Shown here in pieces: positions 46,779 through 58,800 of a DNA stretch of 64,000 nt. Each line of letters opens with the position of its first letter. Within the stretch, counting starts at the first letter, position 1. The stretch is from Oopsacas minuta (taxonomy: Eukaryota; Animalia; Porifera): positions 285,791 through 349,790 of the forward strand of contig JAKMXF010000319.1 of assembly GCA_024704765.1 (NCBI GenBank), in the 5' to 3' direction. Made by a program: the position numbers and the translations under genes. The notes under the pieces are model-generated. The model was not told the origin of the DNA. It did not search any database and worked only from the letters and a program-made list of their open reading frames with translations.

Positions 46779-47110
46779 GATTGTAGGGTTATATAATTAT
46801 ACATAAATACATAAAATTCGTTCTGGTGGAGTGTTTGTAATTTAATTAGCTCTGTAATGTATTTGTATTGATGTAGACTGTAATTCTATTGGTCAATGCA
46901 TTCTATTTAATATATATATATATACTGATTTATCATATGATTAAGCATATTTTGGCACCTTTTCCTGAACATCTCAAAATTATCCTAGAGATTAGCTTCC
47001 ACTTGTTAAATAGTGGTAAACAGAGACGTAGAATTAGATTTTTAGTATTTTAAATGTCTAACAAGATTAGTAAATTTCAATTTTATCTTTCTTTGACTAA
47101 ATGATTATTT

Positions 47111-47795
47111 GGACCATATACAATACTATACTTGTTTATCATCCCCGCCCGACCCATTTCATCTCCCTCCTCGGCAATTTTTATTTTAATACATATCTTT
47201 ATTTAATACTTATATTCGCAAATGAGCATCTTCGAAACAAGCTAATTATTTAACACTAGCGCCCTTCGCTTGCTAGGCCGCTGAGCAGTGTGCCTAATCA
47301 GGTGATTTTCCGAAAATCCAAAAAGGTGGCAATGGCATCATAATTTCGTCAGGCATGAATTTTCGTCCAAGACTCAAACCTGTCCGAGTCAGGCCCAAAT
47401 AACCCTCCCTGTATGGCAAAAATCAGCCCTGGGGTGTGCACTACATTTTTATTATTATTATTTTTTATCATTATTCTTATATAGAATTATAGATTAATCG
47501 CATTTGAATAATATTGATTATTGTAGTATAACCACAATAAGCATAACGTAACAAAACGTTGGTAATTCTTAATAATTTGGTTAAACACAGTGTATTTTAC
47601 TGATTGTTTTTCTGCGTATAATTATAAGCTATCTCACCTACCCTACTTGAGAGTTCCAGTTTTTTCAATTTTACTCTTCTAAATTTCATAGATACATATT
47701 AGTGAAATTATGCTAAGCAAAAATTAAAAATAAGATGCCGCCCCTATTTCGCAGAAAAAAAGGGATGAGAAACAAGTAATTTGTTTTATATGGCC
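47111..47795. mobile_element. Second copy of the TTAA-site (Kolobok-like) non-autonomous element
   Basis: Near-identical to 15767-16452, at the homologous site. Confidence 0.6.
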
Positions 47796-48966
47796 TTAGT
47801 AGAATAGCAAACTTTCAATAATCCACTAAAGTTAATTTGGTGAAATTAAGCCTGCTGCAAATTACCAGCAAGGGGCGTCCCCAAATTACTTGACGTGACG
47901 TTACAGTAACCTCCCAAAGTGCATAACTATATGTTTTATGAATAAGATAACGCCACCTATACATTCAGAACATATGGTGTATTGCTTGCTCAGTGTGTGA
48001 TCGCCTTTTTGGAACCTAAAACACAAGCATTTTGACGACCCCTGAGGTAAGTATATCGCTAGCATATCGGAAACCAATCCAGTGAAATTGGACCCCTTAC
48101 TAATTTCTTACACTAGCTATAATACGCCATAGAGTTTGTTCTTTGGCCATTGTGTATTAGTCATCAGGCCGCCCTTAACGGCCTACAACAAAGCTTTAGA
48201 TACGATGTCCTTGAATCAATAACTATTGGTCAAATATTGACACGAATGTATACTCGAAATTCTTGGTTTATAATAGAGTATTCGGTGTTCTGACAGGTTA
48301 AATATTGACTAATAGCTTAACATGAATGAATGCACACTTTGATGGTCTCGGGGAAATTACTCGTCATTCTATGTAATTTTGAGGTACTTCTGGCTTGGCT
48401 GGAGTGTGATTTTACTCTCGATTTGTGATTATAACTACTTGTATGTTTTCCCTCACAAACTATCTGCCTTTCCACTTCCGACGTGTAAAATTTCTGGGTT
48501 TCACAGTGGTCGTTTCGGTACTACCCGACACTTATTCAAAATCATCCTATATTTGTAGCCAAGTTGTATTATACACGTATAACGTATAATACATAATACA
48601 CGTATTATGCGTCCTATATTAACCTCGAAATATGAGATTGTGACCAGGGATGTCCTGCTCTAATTATAAGTATGGGAGCGGTGCTCCCACACGCTCCCAC
48701 AGCAGGACACCACTGATTGTGACACTGCTAGACTTGTATAAGTCACATTATTAACAAGAATTATATATTTGTTCAACTATGTTGGAATTTCTCATTACAA
48801 TTCGAAACTCACTGTTTTGATGCAAAATATTTATAGCAGAAATCACCTTAATAGAAATTACGTCACTAAAAATTGTAGATTGAACGTATAACACGTATTA
48901 TACCTAAATACGTATAAACAACTTATATTTATAGTTCTTCATTCTATCCTCTGTCTAGATAGCAAG

Positions 48967-49917
48967 ATGTATCGTCCAGCATTACTCATCACTCGCTTCC
49001 TGAAACCATTATCCTCTCATCGTGCCATGAGTACTCGTACTATAGGATTCCTAGGTTTCGGAAATATGGGATCACACATGGCTACTAATCTAATGAAAAA
49101 CGGATACAACCTTATGTTATATGACGTATCAGAGGCTAACACGGCTAGAGCTAAACAATTAGGAGCTACGATACTGTCTAGTCCTAAGGAAGTTAGTCAG
49201 AATACAGACATAGTAATTACAATGCTACCAGCAGGGAAACATGTATATCACGCTTATTTAGAAAAAGACGGTTTGTTTGAAGGCGCTCGCAAGGATTCAA
49301 TATTTGTGGACTGCACAACATGTGAGCCTACCGTCTCCCGTCGTATGGCAGATGAAGCTGCTAAGGTTAGCGCTATCTATCTAGACTCACCTGTCTCTGG
49401 TGGAGTTGGGTCTGCTAGAGACGCTAGGCTAACATTCATGGTTGGTGGACCTGTTAATGGTTTGGATAAGATCAGACACCTATTGAATATTATGGGTAAG
49501 AATGTTATACATTGTGGTGATGTGGGTATGGGTGAAGCAGCTAAGATCTGTAACAATATGATGCTAGGTATAGCTATGATAGGTACTTCTGAAGCTATGT
49601 CTCTTGGTATAGCACTAGGGATAGATCCTAAGAAGCTGGCGAGTGTGTTGAATGTTTCTTCAGGGCGTTCTTGGTGCTCTGATACTTACAATCCATGTCC
49701 TGGGGTGATTGAGAGCGTACCTTCTTCTAATGACTACAAGGGAGGCTTTGCTACTGGTTTGATGAAGAAGGATCTTGCGTTAGCTCAGAATATTTCCAGT
49801 GAGTTGGATTTATCAACACCATTAGGCGCATCTAGTCTGCATATCTATAGATTGTTGTGTAAGAAGGGTTATGAACACAAAGACTTCTCTTATATCTTCA
49901 AGTTTCTACAGGAATAA
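48967..49917 (+). CDS. HIBADH: 3-hydroxyisobutyrate dehydrogenase, mitochondrial, single exon
   Basis: N-terminal presequence, IGFLGFGNMG Rossmann motif, DSPVSGGVGSA..LTFMVGG, AAKICNNMMLGI, SSGRSWCSDTYNPCPG, YKGGFATGLMKKDL. Confidence 0.97.
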   Translation: MYRPALLITRFLKPLSSHRAMSTRTIGFLGFGNMGSHMATNLMKNGYNLMLYDVSEANTARAKQLGATILSSPKEVSQNTDIVITMLPAGKHVYHAYLEKDGLFEGARKDSIFVDCTTCEPTVSRRMADEAAKVSAIYLDSPVSGGVGSARDARLTFMVGGPVNGLDKIRHLLNIMGKNVIHCGDVGMGEAAKICNNMMLGIAMIGTSEAMSLGIALGIDPKKLASVLNVSSGRSWCSDTYNPCPGVIESVPSSNDYKGGFATGLMKKDLALAQNISSELDLSTPLGASSLHIYRLLCKKGYEHKDFSYIFKFLQE

Positions 49918-51097
49918 CCTGGATTAATTCGTTTCATTACTCTAAGTAATTAATTCTTATTATTCGAACTTATATTAATTTTGGTATTATATTAATTTTG
50001 GTAACGTAACTTCAATAGGCCCAACTAGGGCTATTTGGTTGGACACTAGCCAACCCTTGAACTTGACTGCCCCAGGCTTGTCAAAAGGTCAGGTGATTTT
50101 CAGTTTTTTTAGTACAGCTCTAATAGAGAGCAGTGGCGTAGCAATAGGCGGTTCAGGTTATTCATTGAACTTGAACCCCGATGTCCAGAGCTGTCCCCAA
50201 AGTAAATCAGCAATTCTTCGCAGCATATGTAAGATTGCTGATATACTCAAAAGCATCGGGCAGGGCCGAGTCTAAGGGATTTATGGATATACTGCCAGTA
50301 TTTACTTAGCATATATTTGACGAGAGCCTATTACATTGAAGATATATCATACTCGAAACTAGTTGAGCGTATTATGGAAGTGATCCAATTCTGTTTACTT
50401 GGTAAGGGATCAGATTAGCAAGGTGGGATTATTAGAGAATAAGTAATTCCGGAAATTCCCTGAAGCCTGAAAATGACTCCCCTCTCTGAAAGTGGAGGAA
50501 TCACTGCTGAGGTCGCAAGTCCGGGCTTTCGCCTCGTGCCGAGTTCAGGCTTGACTATAATTATCTGCCAGTATTTGCATATAAAATTTCCTAGATTTTC
50601 ACCACAAATATATAATTACCTTTAATAAACGTGTATTTGGCTCCATTCTATTAATAGAATTGGTATAAGTAAGTTCTCTATTGAATATTGTTATAAATTC
50701 GTATTCTGGTTTCTGTCGGTGGAAGCGAGCAATCAGGTATCGGGGTGAGATGATGGATCCTTTGTGACCTCTATTATAACAGTTGTCTTCTATGTATTTC
50801 ACTAATTTAGTATAATAACCAAATTACATCTAATCTACTAATACACTCGAACTTCTCTCTTATTCCGACCTCCGAGATACGCGCATTTTGCGAATACAGT
50901 GTAACATCCACAATTGAGGCGTGGAAACGGGGAATTCTTGGAAACGAGTGAAAATAAATAGATTAATTCCTAGTCCCATACCACTGAACTTCCACTATAG
51001 CGGATACGGATAGCATTTTTCAGCAGTGAAACAGTGAAAATATTTCATCAATTTGTTATTTAGGAAATCGATTTTATCTGTCACCTTTACATAAGAA

Positions 51098-51465
51098 ATG
51101 GCTAGTGTAAATGTATCTGAAGATGTCTCAATATTCTAACAAGCAAGAGACACAATAGATAGAGATATTAATGAGATCAAACAGTGTCTTAATCATAAGA
51201 AATTACAGCTGTTTGAGGAGATTACTAATTTAGAGGATGAGTATAAACATAAACAACAATAAACACAAAAAGAAATGCAGAAGTAAGCAGAGTTAATAAA
51301 AGATACCGAAGAAGAAATGGGAGAGAAAAATCTATTATAGTTACAGCTTGAATATATCCAGGAAATACGATTATTATTATTATTAGAAATACCTCTAACT
51401 TTCCAATATCTATCATGAACCTCTGCTGTGTAACTGATAATTACAAGTACATGAAGAATTCTTAC
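51098..51465 (+). pseudogene. 5' (coiled-coil) remnant, probably of another NHL-family gene, with several stops
   Basis: MASVNVSEDVSIF*QARDTIDRDINEIKQCLNHKKLQLFEEITNLEDEYKHKQQ* has the same architecture as the array N-termini; abuts a palindromic insertion. Confidence 0.5.
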
Positions 51466-51795
51466 CATGGACACATTTCTGTTAATATTCACCTATAATT
51501 TGACAACCTTTAATGTTATGGCCAATCTTCTTGTAAATATATGGCATATACCCGATTTCCGATACCCTGATAATACATTTGATATGATATCTCTGACAAT
51601 TCTGAGGCAATCTTGAAAATGACCATATATGGTATTATTGATGACTGTGCAATAATCTTTGGACATATCACATCCAAATGTATTATCAGGATATGGGAAA
51701 TCGGGTATATACCATATGTTTGCAAGATGATTGGCCATAACATCAAAGGTTTTCAAATTATACGTGAATATTAGCAGAAATGTGTCATCTATGGT
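51465..51795. mobile_element. Imperfect about 330-bp palindrome (foldback MITE)
   Basis: gacacatttctgttaatattcacctataatttgacaacc.. mirrored by ..ggttttcaaattatacgtgaatattagcagaaatgtgtc; arms about 130 bp. Confidence 0.7.
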
Positions 51796-52267
51796 CACTA
51801 CTATAACTCCGGAAACAGAACTTTATTACAGCAATTTTTTGATATTTTGTATGAAATATACCTGGATTATTTGGTGTTAATTCTAGAGGCGACGAAGCTA
51901 TATATATATATTGATCATTAGACAAAGCTTGAAAAATGGCGCATTTTTCACAACATATTCCCGTTTTAGCCAATCAGATGACGTCATTTCGCCCTGGGAC
52001 TCGTCGGATGGCTTGTCTTAATTATTAACTAATAATAATACATTTATTCGGGTCAAAATGCACCAATTATCGTGAATAATATTATTGTCTATCAAATTTA
52101 ATGCAAGTAATCCATGGTCCATGAAATTTTGGTCAGTGGTATGGCTTTATATATCGAAGGTCACGACTGTACTTACCATTGAGTACGTCTTATCCGAGTA
52201 TTTCTTTTACCTGAGTTCTACTCTATTTGTTTGTAACTTAGAGGATTAGAATATTTATCATTGAATA

Positions 52268-53167
52268 ATGAGTGGACCTTCTATTGATATCAGATTGAAG
52301 CGTCCTAGTAAGACCTATAAAGTAGGAGAAGAGTTAGCTGGTGTTGTTATAATTGATTCCCATTCAGACCTAACTCACTATGGATTAACACTAACCTTTG
52401 AAGCTACAGCTAATCTACAAGTCAGTGCTAAAACAGTAGGACTATTCGAAGCTTTCTACAGTTCACTAAAGCCAATACAAATCCTATTTCATTCCTCTGA
52501 GCTGGCTAAAACAGGGAAATTCCCTTCAGGTACGCTAGAAATTCCTTTCACCTTCCCTATCGAGCCCCTAAGTGGACGTACTCTATACGAAACGTATCAT
52601 GGAGTATTTGTTAACATTCAATATATCCTCAAATGTGATATGAAAAGACCGCTTTTGAGCAAAGATTTACAGAAGATATGTGAGTGTGTAGTTCAGTATA
52701 AGGAAACTGATTCTACACAATTACCCCTGAAACCATTAGAGTTCTGTATTGACCCAGGTTCTGTTGATAAAAAAACTTCTCGTGAATCTCTACCCGAGTT
52801 TAGAATTACAGGTCGCATTGATAGTGTAAATTGCTCAATCACCAAACCATTTTCTGGGGAACTAACTGTAGAGTTTTGTTCAGCTTCTATAAAATCAATA
52901 GAATTGCAACTGATTCGTGTTGAAACTTGTGGTTGTGCTGAAGGGTATTCGAAAGATCCTACTGAGATTCAAAACATACAAATAGCAGATGGAGATGTCT
53001 GTCATAACGTATCTATACCTATTTTCATGATATTCCCTCGTCTCTTCACCTGTCCTTCTCTATCTACTACTAACTTCAAAATAGATTTTGAAGTTTCTAT
53101 TGTAGTTCTATTAGAAGGAGATTTGATGTTAACCGAGAATTTTCCCATACAGCTAACCAGAAATTGA
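52268..53167 (+). CDS. VPS26C: VPS26C/DSCR3 (retriever complex subunit), single exon
   Basis: LQVSAKTVGLFEAFYSSLKPI, LYETYHGVFVNIQY, LQLIRVETCGCAEGYSKDPTEIQNIQIADGDVC, IFPRLFTCP. Confidence 0.96.
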   Translation: MSGPSIDIRLKRPSKTYKVGEELAGVVIIDSHSDLTHYGLTLTFEATANLQVSAKTVGLFEAFYSSLKPIQILFHSSELAKTGKFPSGTLEIPFTFPIEPLSGRTLYETYHGVFVNIQYILKCDMKRPLLSKDLQKICECVVQYKETDSTQLPLKPLEFCIDPGSVDKKTSRESLPEFRITGRIDSVNCSITKPFSGELTVEFCSASIKSIELQLIRVETCGCAEGYSKDPTEIQNIQIADGDVCHNVSIPIFMIFPRLFTCPSLSTTNFKIDFEVSIVVLLEGDLMLTENFPIQLTRN

Positions 53168-54581
53168 CTTATTTATGCTATAACCTCGCTTGTGACTCGT
53201 TAGTAATGGTTTATATTTTCGTAATTATGCTATGTTCACTATTGAGGAGATTTGGTAATATGAATTATTGTGTATATTATATTAATTCGGTTTTTATGGT
53301 TTTTCAAGTTAATTGAAGAATTGGTAAGAGCTACGAACTTGTAATTGGCTTGTGTCTGCAATATGGTCCAACTTAAATGAAGTTTAAATTTCTAAGCGAA
53401 ACCTTCACTCATCTCTGAGAAAAGGTGACAAAATGTTATATCCCATGATAAATGAATTGGGAAATAGTGACACTAGATTGAGGAATTGGTAAGAGCTACA
53501 AATGTGAAATTTGGCAGGTATATGGAATGTCTATTGGTTAGATTTATTTATACTGGCACTAGTAATTGGAGCCACTATGTGTATTTGATTAAATTGTCAT
53601 TTTATGGTACTTCCAATTGATAGTGCCACTTTAAACAAATTTAATCAATAGACTAAGCTGTCGGTACAGGTTGTAACTTATATTTTTTGCTCGCTATGCT
53701 TGTAGTTTATTGTTTAATTGAATAAAAACATTCAGGTTTTGTTGAAATTTTCGAGATATAAAATTGAAAATTTTGCTATGTCATCATCATTGGCCTACTA
53801 TGGTGACGTCATTATTATCATGTCCAATGTGTCCGTCGTAACATCTAGTACACTCCATCAGTTAGAAGTCTTCTATCTCATATAAAAACGGAGTTATGAG
53901 CATTCTATTAATGACGTCATGTTGACTTAGCAAAAATGTCCAAACACTTATGTTTTGTCTAATTTTTGAAATCTCACTTTTTGAAAATTTCTTTGTCATC
54001 ACCACCTCCACTATGGTGACGTCATCGTTATGGTGGCCAATGGGCGCGTCCTGACATATACTACACTTCATCAATTGGAAGTATTACTTTAGCTGTTATC
54101 GTTATGGAGTTATTACTGTTTCAAATTTTCAGTTGTTTATGACGTCTCCCAAATTGTGTCTGTTGTATCGATAATTATTTTTCATAGTCTAGCGATTGTG
54201 TACTAAGTTGGATCATATCAATACCGTCGTACACTGTTTATACCCTCCTACTAGGATTTTGCTCATGGTATTCTAAAAACCTAATACAATTCCTATGAGC
54301 AAATTCAAAGAGTCACAGTATGTCAAATCAAAAATTGTGACCCTCAGTGCATATCGGACAGCAATTGTCCATGTATCCTGAAAGTATTAGCCCTTTATCT
54401 ATTATAGTTTTGGTAGTGCACCGTCTACGGTTAAAGAAAACACAAAATATAGGCAACCATTTCAATACTGAGCCACTATAGTTTAGTTATAGTCAGCACA
54501 GTAATAATAATACATAGCATAAATCGAATTTTGATATTATTATTCATTTATTATCCGTCATGCAGTATATATATATATATT

Positions 54582-54602
54582 CTAGATGCGCCCGAAGGGC
54601 GA
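54582..54602 (-). mobile_element. Helitron-like 3' terminus
   Basis: Minus strand gtcgcccttcgggcgcatctag: GC hairpin followed by CTAG, next to a (TA)n tract. Confidence 0.45.
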
Positions 54603-55864
54603 CTTCCACCTGCTTGAAGTGTTCGCCAAAGACATGTAGCCCAAGCGAAGCGGCTTGTACAGGGTGTTTCATCAATTCATTCACAAAAAGAAATGCTTGA
54701 ATTAAACTCGTAACCAAGTTACATTGAGAAACTTGGGTCTCATGTGATTGATACTGCTTTGACATTTATGAAAACAAAGACATAAACGGATACAACTATA
54801 TGAAATGATTTAGAATTAGAATGTTTAAAGCTAGAACCTTTACGATTACGTGTTTAAGTGGATAAAAGAATATTGCATCTAGATTATTTTGCTAGTAAGT
54901 CGCGTTATTTGTGAGATAAAGTCTTCAACTTCAGTTTTCAGTTCTAGAATTGCAATTGGGGGATTGTTTTATAGACTTAGATGCCACATTACGAGGATGA
55001 CATTATAACGACCCCCACCACTCGCTGGGGATACCTACAATAAACACGCTGTATAAGTATAGGAATGGTTGAGAAATCGTCACGGAAAATTCATTGCCAA
55101 AATATCCTAGCAGTTGCTTGGATGTTTCTGCAATAGCCACTAATCTAGGATACATATCCATCTCTCCAAGGATTTCTCAACAGGTTATATCACCAAGCAT
55201 GGCGGCACACTGTGGTCACAGAGATTTTTAGCATGACCAAATGTGACCAACGATGGCCAAACCTGACTCAACAGGTCAACCTGGGTGTACATGTGGTCAT
55301 GTTATAACCGATAAGAGTTTTGAGAAACTCTGCTCTAAAAGACCTAGCACGTCTATACTATATGCTAGTAGCATGTATCATTGACAGGCCTTTACAATAC
55401 ACTAGTCATTAGACATCAAATCGCGACCATATGTTCGATCTTGTTAGGCGGACAGAATTTGAAATTTTCGAATCTAGACCCCCAATTTCACCTCAAAATG
55501 TATATACTAATTTCATGGCAACCTGACAGGTAGATGTCATTTGAGTTATTCTGAAGGTTTGGGACCATATTTCTACTGTTTAGACTTCTATATAAGGATA
55601 CCGGGGGCGAACTATACACAGGCTACATGGTGAAATTCTTTGTTTGTGATCAATTTCCCAAGTTAAGCGGGTAATTCATTATATCCGTGTTTAATATAAC
55701 GGGAGTTGATTACTTCAATAATTGAATTAATTTGGATTTGAATGAATATATGAGAACCAATTATGTCTCATTGTTGCCATTCCACATTTTTCAGATTTTA
55801 CATACCTTTTACTGTTAGTATATTCGTCTATTCTAACTAGATTATCGTATATATTTATACATTG

Positions 55865-58800
55865 ATGAGCACTGAGGCTCCCCATGAATTTCTCCGAAAA
55901 TCTCTTGAGCGAATCCTCTCAGAAAGAGAGATTCGTAAAGATTCAAGTCACGGAATTGAGAAAGCTTGTCAACAAACTCTGAGAGCATTGAATGCTATTT
56001 TCCCTTCTTCTAGGACAAGTACAGACTCGAAGGAAGATAAAACATCTGTAGATTCTGTGAAGAGTTCTGTACTACCTCCTCCCAGAACCTCTGCTGAGGA
56101 CCATTTCTCTGCTGATATGTATTTCCTCCCGTTTGAACTTGTATGTTACTCCAAATTACCTAAACTGACTAGAATCGCATTGGATACTGTAGAAAAATTG
56201 ATCTCTTATGGACATCTGACAGGAAAGGTGAGTTTCCATATTATTCAGTTATTTATTTACATATAGGCAGCCCCTCGACTATCGCGATTTCGCTTGCACG
56301 GATCCTCAGTATTATGGAAAAATGATCACAAATTTTTCAATAACAAATATGCCCTTACTCATTGAGGTTAGAATAAGTAATGGCAAAACTTCCCAAAGAC
56401 CTTATTCATTTCATCTAGCTTACTACATCCATATATTTCCACTTTAGGTCATGTAATTTAATATACTTGTTTCTCATCCCTGCCCGTCCCAAATTTGTCC
56501 CCCTTCTGGAAAGATTTTATTTGTATTTTTTCCAAATTTATGCATAATTCTTTGCTCACAGTGCAATCCACATTTTACTCCCTGTGTTGTTAAAAATTCA
56601 ATATTTTTAAGCCAGAAAGAATGTGATTAGATGATCATAGGGTGATTTTATTTCACATATTAACTGGCCTATGAAAAATACAAATAAAATACCGTCTGCC
56701 GTCCCAGTTTCTGAAAAATTCCGGATGAGAATAAGTAATTAATTTTACATGGCCTTAGATGTATATTTTTATTTATCAAATAACTTATATAGCTCAGCTA
56801 ACTATGGTACAGTTCTTGCGTATTAGCTTTTCTATCTTCGAGGAAAGATTATTTTTCGGATTAATGAAAGTCACCTTTCGAATCAGGGTATGGGTTTTTG
56901 TATTGCAAAAAACTGTACTATACTATAGCTCAGCTATATATATATAAGGAATCTCTCAAGATTTTTGGGCTTTGTGTCAGGGAAACTTATTTAATACAAT
57001 TCTTATTGGAATGATAATATTGCTGCCACTTGGTTTATATGATAAGAATGTTCATCAAAAGCGACCTTAACCTTATTTATGCTTATAAGGGTTGATGAGC
57101 AGTGTGCCGTCAAACACTTAAAATATCCCCGAAATATATAGCTATGTTTACATGCATTTATACATACAATTCTACAATTCTCTTTAATGTTACTGGATTA
57201 ATACCCTCTTCCCATTTTAGATAACAGATCCAGTTCACGCACACAAACTCTTAATTGATAGTATTATCAAAGCTGTATCAAGCTGTTTCCACGGAGAGAA
57301 GACAGACTTTCACGTCCAACTCCAAATCCTCAAAGCTCTTCTAGCTCTAGTTAACAGTCCTTCATGTTCAATCCACGCCAAAAACTTACGCAAAATTATT
57401 CGTACTTGTATTAACATATATTTGGCTACCAACAAGATGCCTACAGTACAAACAACTGCAAAAGCTACTCTAACTCAAATGTTGAATGTAGTCTTCCATA
57501 AGATAGAGACAAATCCGATATTATTTGCACAAGCACAAAGTAGGATGGATATTTCAATTAAACCGTCCTTTTCAGAGAGAAGAACACCGATTAGCACTGA
57601 GCAAACAACTCCGACAAATGAACGAGCACCTCAACAAGAAGATTTCCCAATCATTCCCACGCCAACATCTCTAGAAACCTCCAGTGAACCTGTGGAAATG
57701 AATATTTCGGAAATAGCTCAATTTTCTTCTAACTCTTCTCTGCATGATCAGATTGAGCAGAACCCTGCACTGGCTCCTATTAATGATCTAGTAGAATCTT
57801 CTTTACCTATTACTGACCAAGATTTTCCGGATGCAATCCCAATTGATGTTCCATTTATTGATGATCAAAGCGAAATAGGCGATACAGATTCGACAACTGT
57901 TGAAACTCCAACACTTGATGAGAGTATTTCATATTCTCATAATCAAAGTGGGGCGACACCAGACACAAAGATTTTCGTCACACAGCCATCTAATACTGAT
58001 TCAAACGGAGCATCTGAGAAAGAGATAGAACGCTCGAAGTTATGCCTGAAAGACGCTGCAGATCTATTCTATATGTTATGTACTATATCAGATAAACAAC
58101 TCGCAGAATTGCACAATCCTAAGAGCTATGAAATTCGTCTTAAAGTGATTCTTCTTGAAATGATCCTGATAGTCCTTGACAACTCTGGTCCTGTGTTTCG
58201 TACTGACCCTACATTCATAAAAATAGTACGTGAATATCTCTGTCAATCGCTCTCTATCAATGTAATATCACCTGTACTAGAGGTGTTTGAACTAGCCATC
58301 ACGATTTTCCTTGTGGTTGTGGGGCTTTTCAAAATTTACCTCAAAGCACAGATAGAAGTATTCTTCAAAGAGATCATATTCAATATATTAGATTCACATA
58401 CAAGCTCCTATGAACATAAATGGATAGTACTCCATACGTTAACTAAAATATGCTCTGACTCACAGCTACTACTAGATTTGTACTTGAATTACGACTGTGA
58501 CTTGGATTATGTGAACGTATTCGAAATGTTGATAAATGTATTAACGCGTACTTCCAAATCAACAAATCTCGTCAAACTCGGAGTAATCTCTTCCACACAA
58601 GAACGTGAACTAAAGTACAAATCGTTAGAATGTCTTGTTTTGATATTACGCTGTCTAGTAGATTGGTCAAGTGAGTTGCATTATAACCCCAATCAAGAAA
58701 ATGCCGATTTCAGTATCGTTAACAACGCACCAAATCCGTATAAACATGATGTAGATCTCTATCTGCGTACTGTATTATCCAAGCGGGTTGAAGGAGTACC

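Noticed and set aside
9100-47850. Whole NHL unit as cargo of a Helitron or giant transposon
   Set aside because: No TC../hairpin-CTRR ends, TIRs or TSDs at unit boundaries; head-to-tail structure fits tandem duplication.
50470-50512. SECIS element or hammerhead ribozyme
   Set aside because: ATGA..AAA..GA spacing is present but helix II does not pair; the hammerhead CUGANGA/GAAA core with stem II is not satisfied; no selenoprotein nearby.
56228-56266. ORF-track ends of the 55862 and 57422 ORFs, and three separate genes in the BIG1 region
   Set aside because: These are read-through into introns; canonical splice sites join the three segments into one ARF-GEF.
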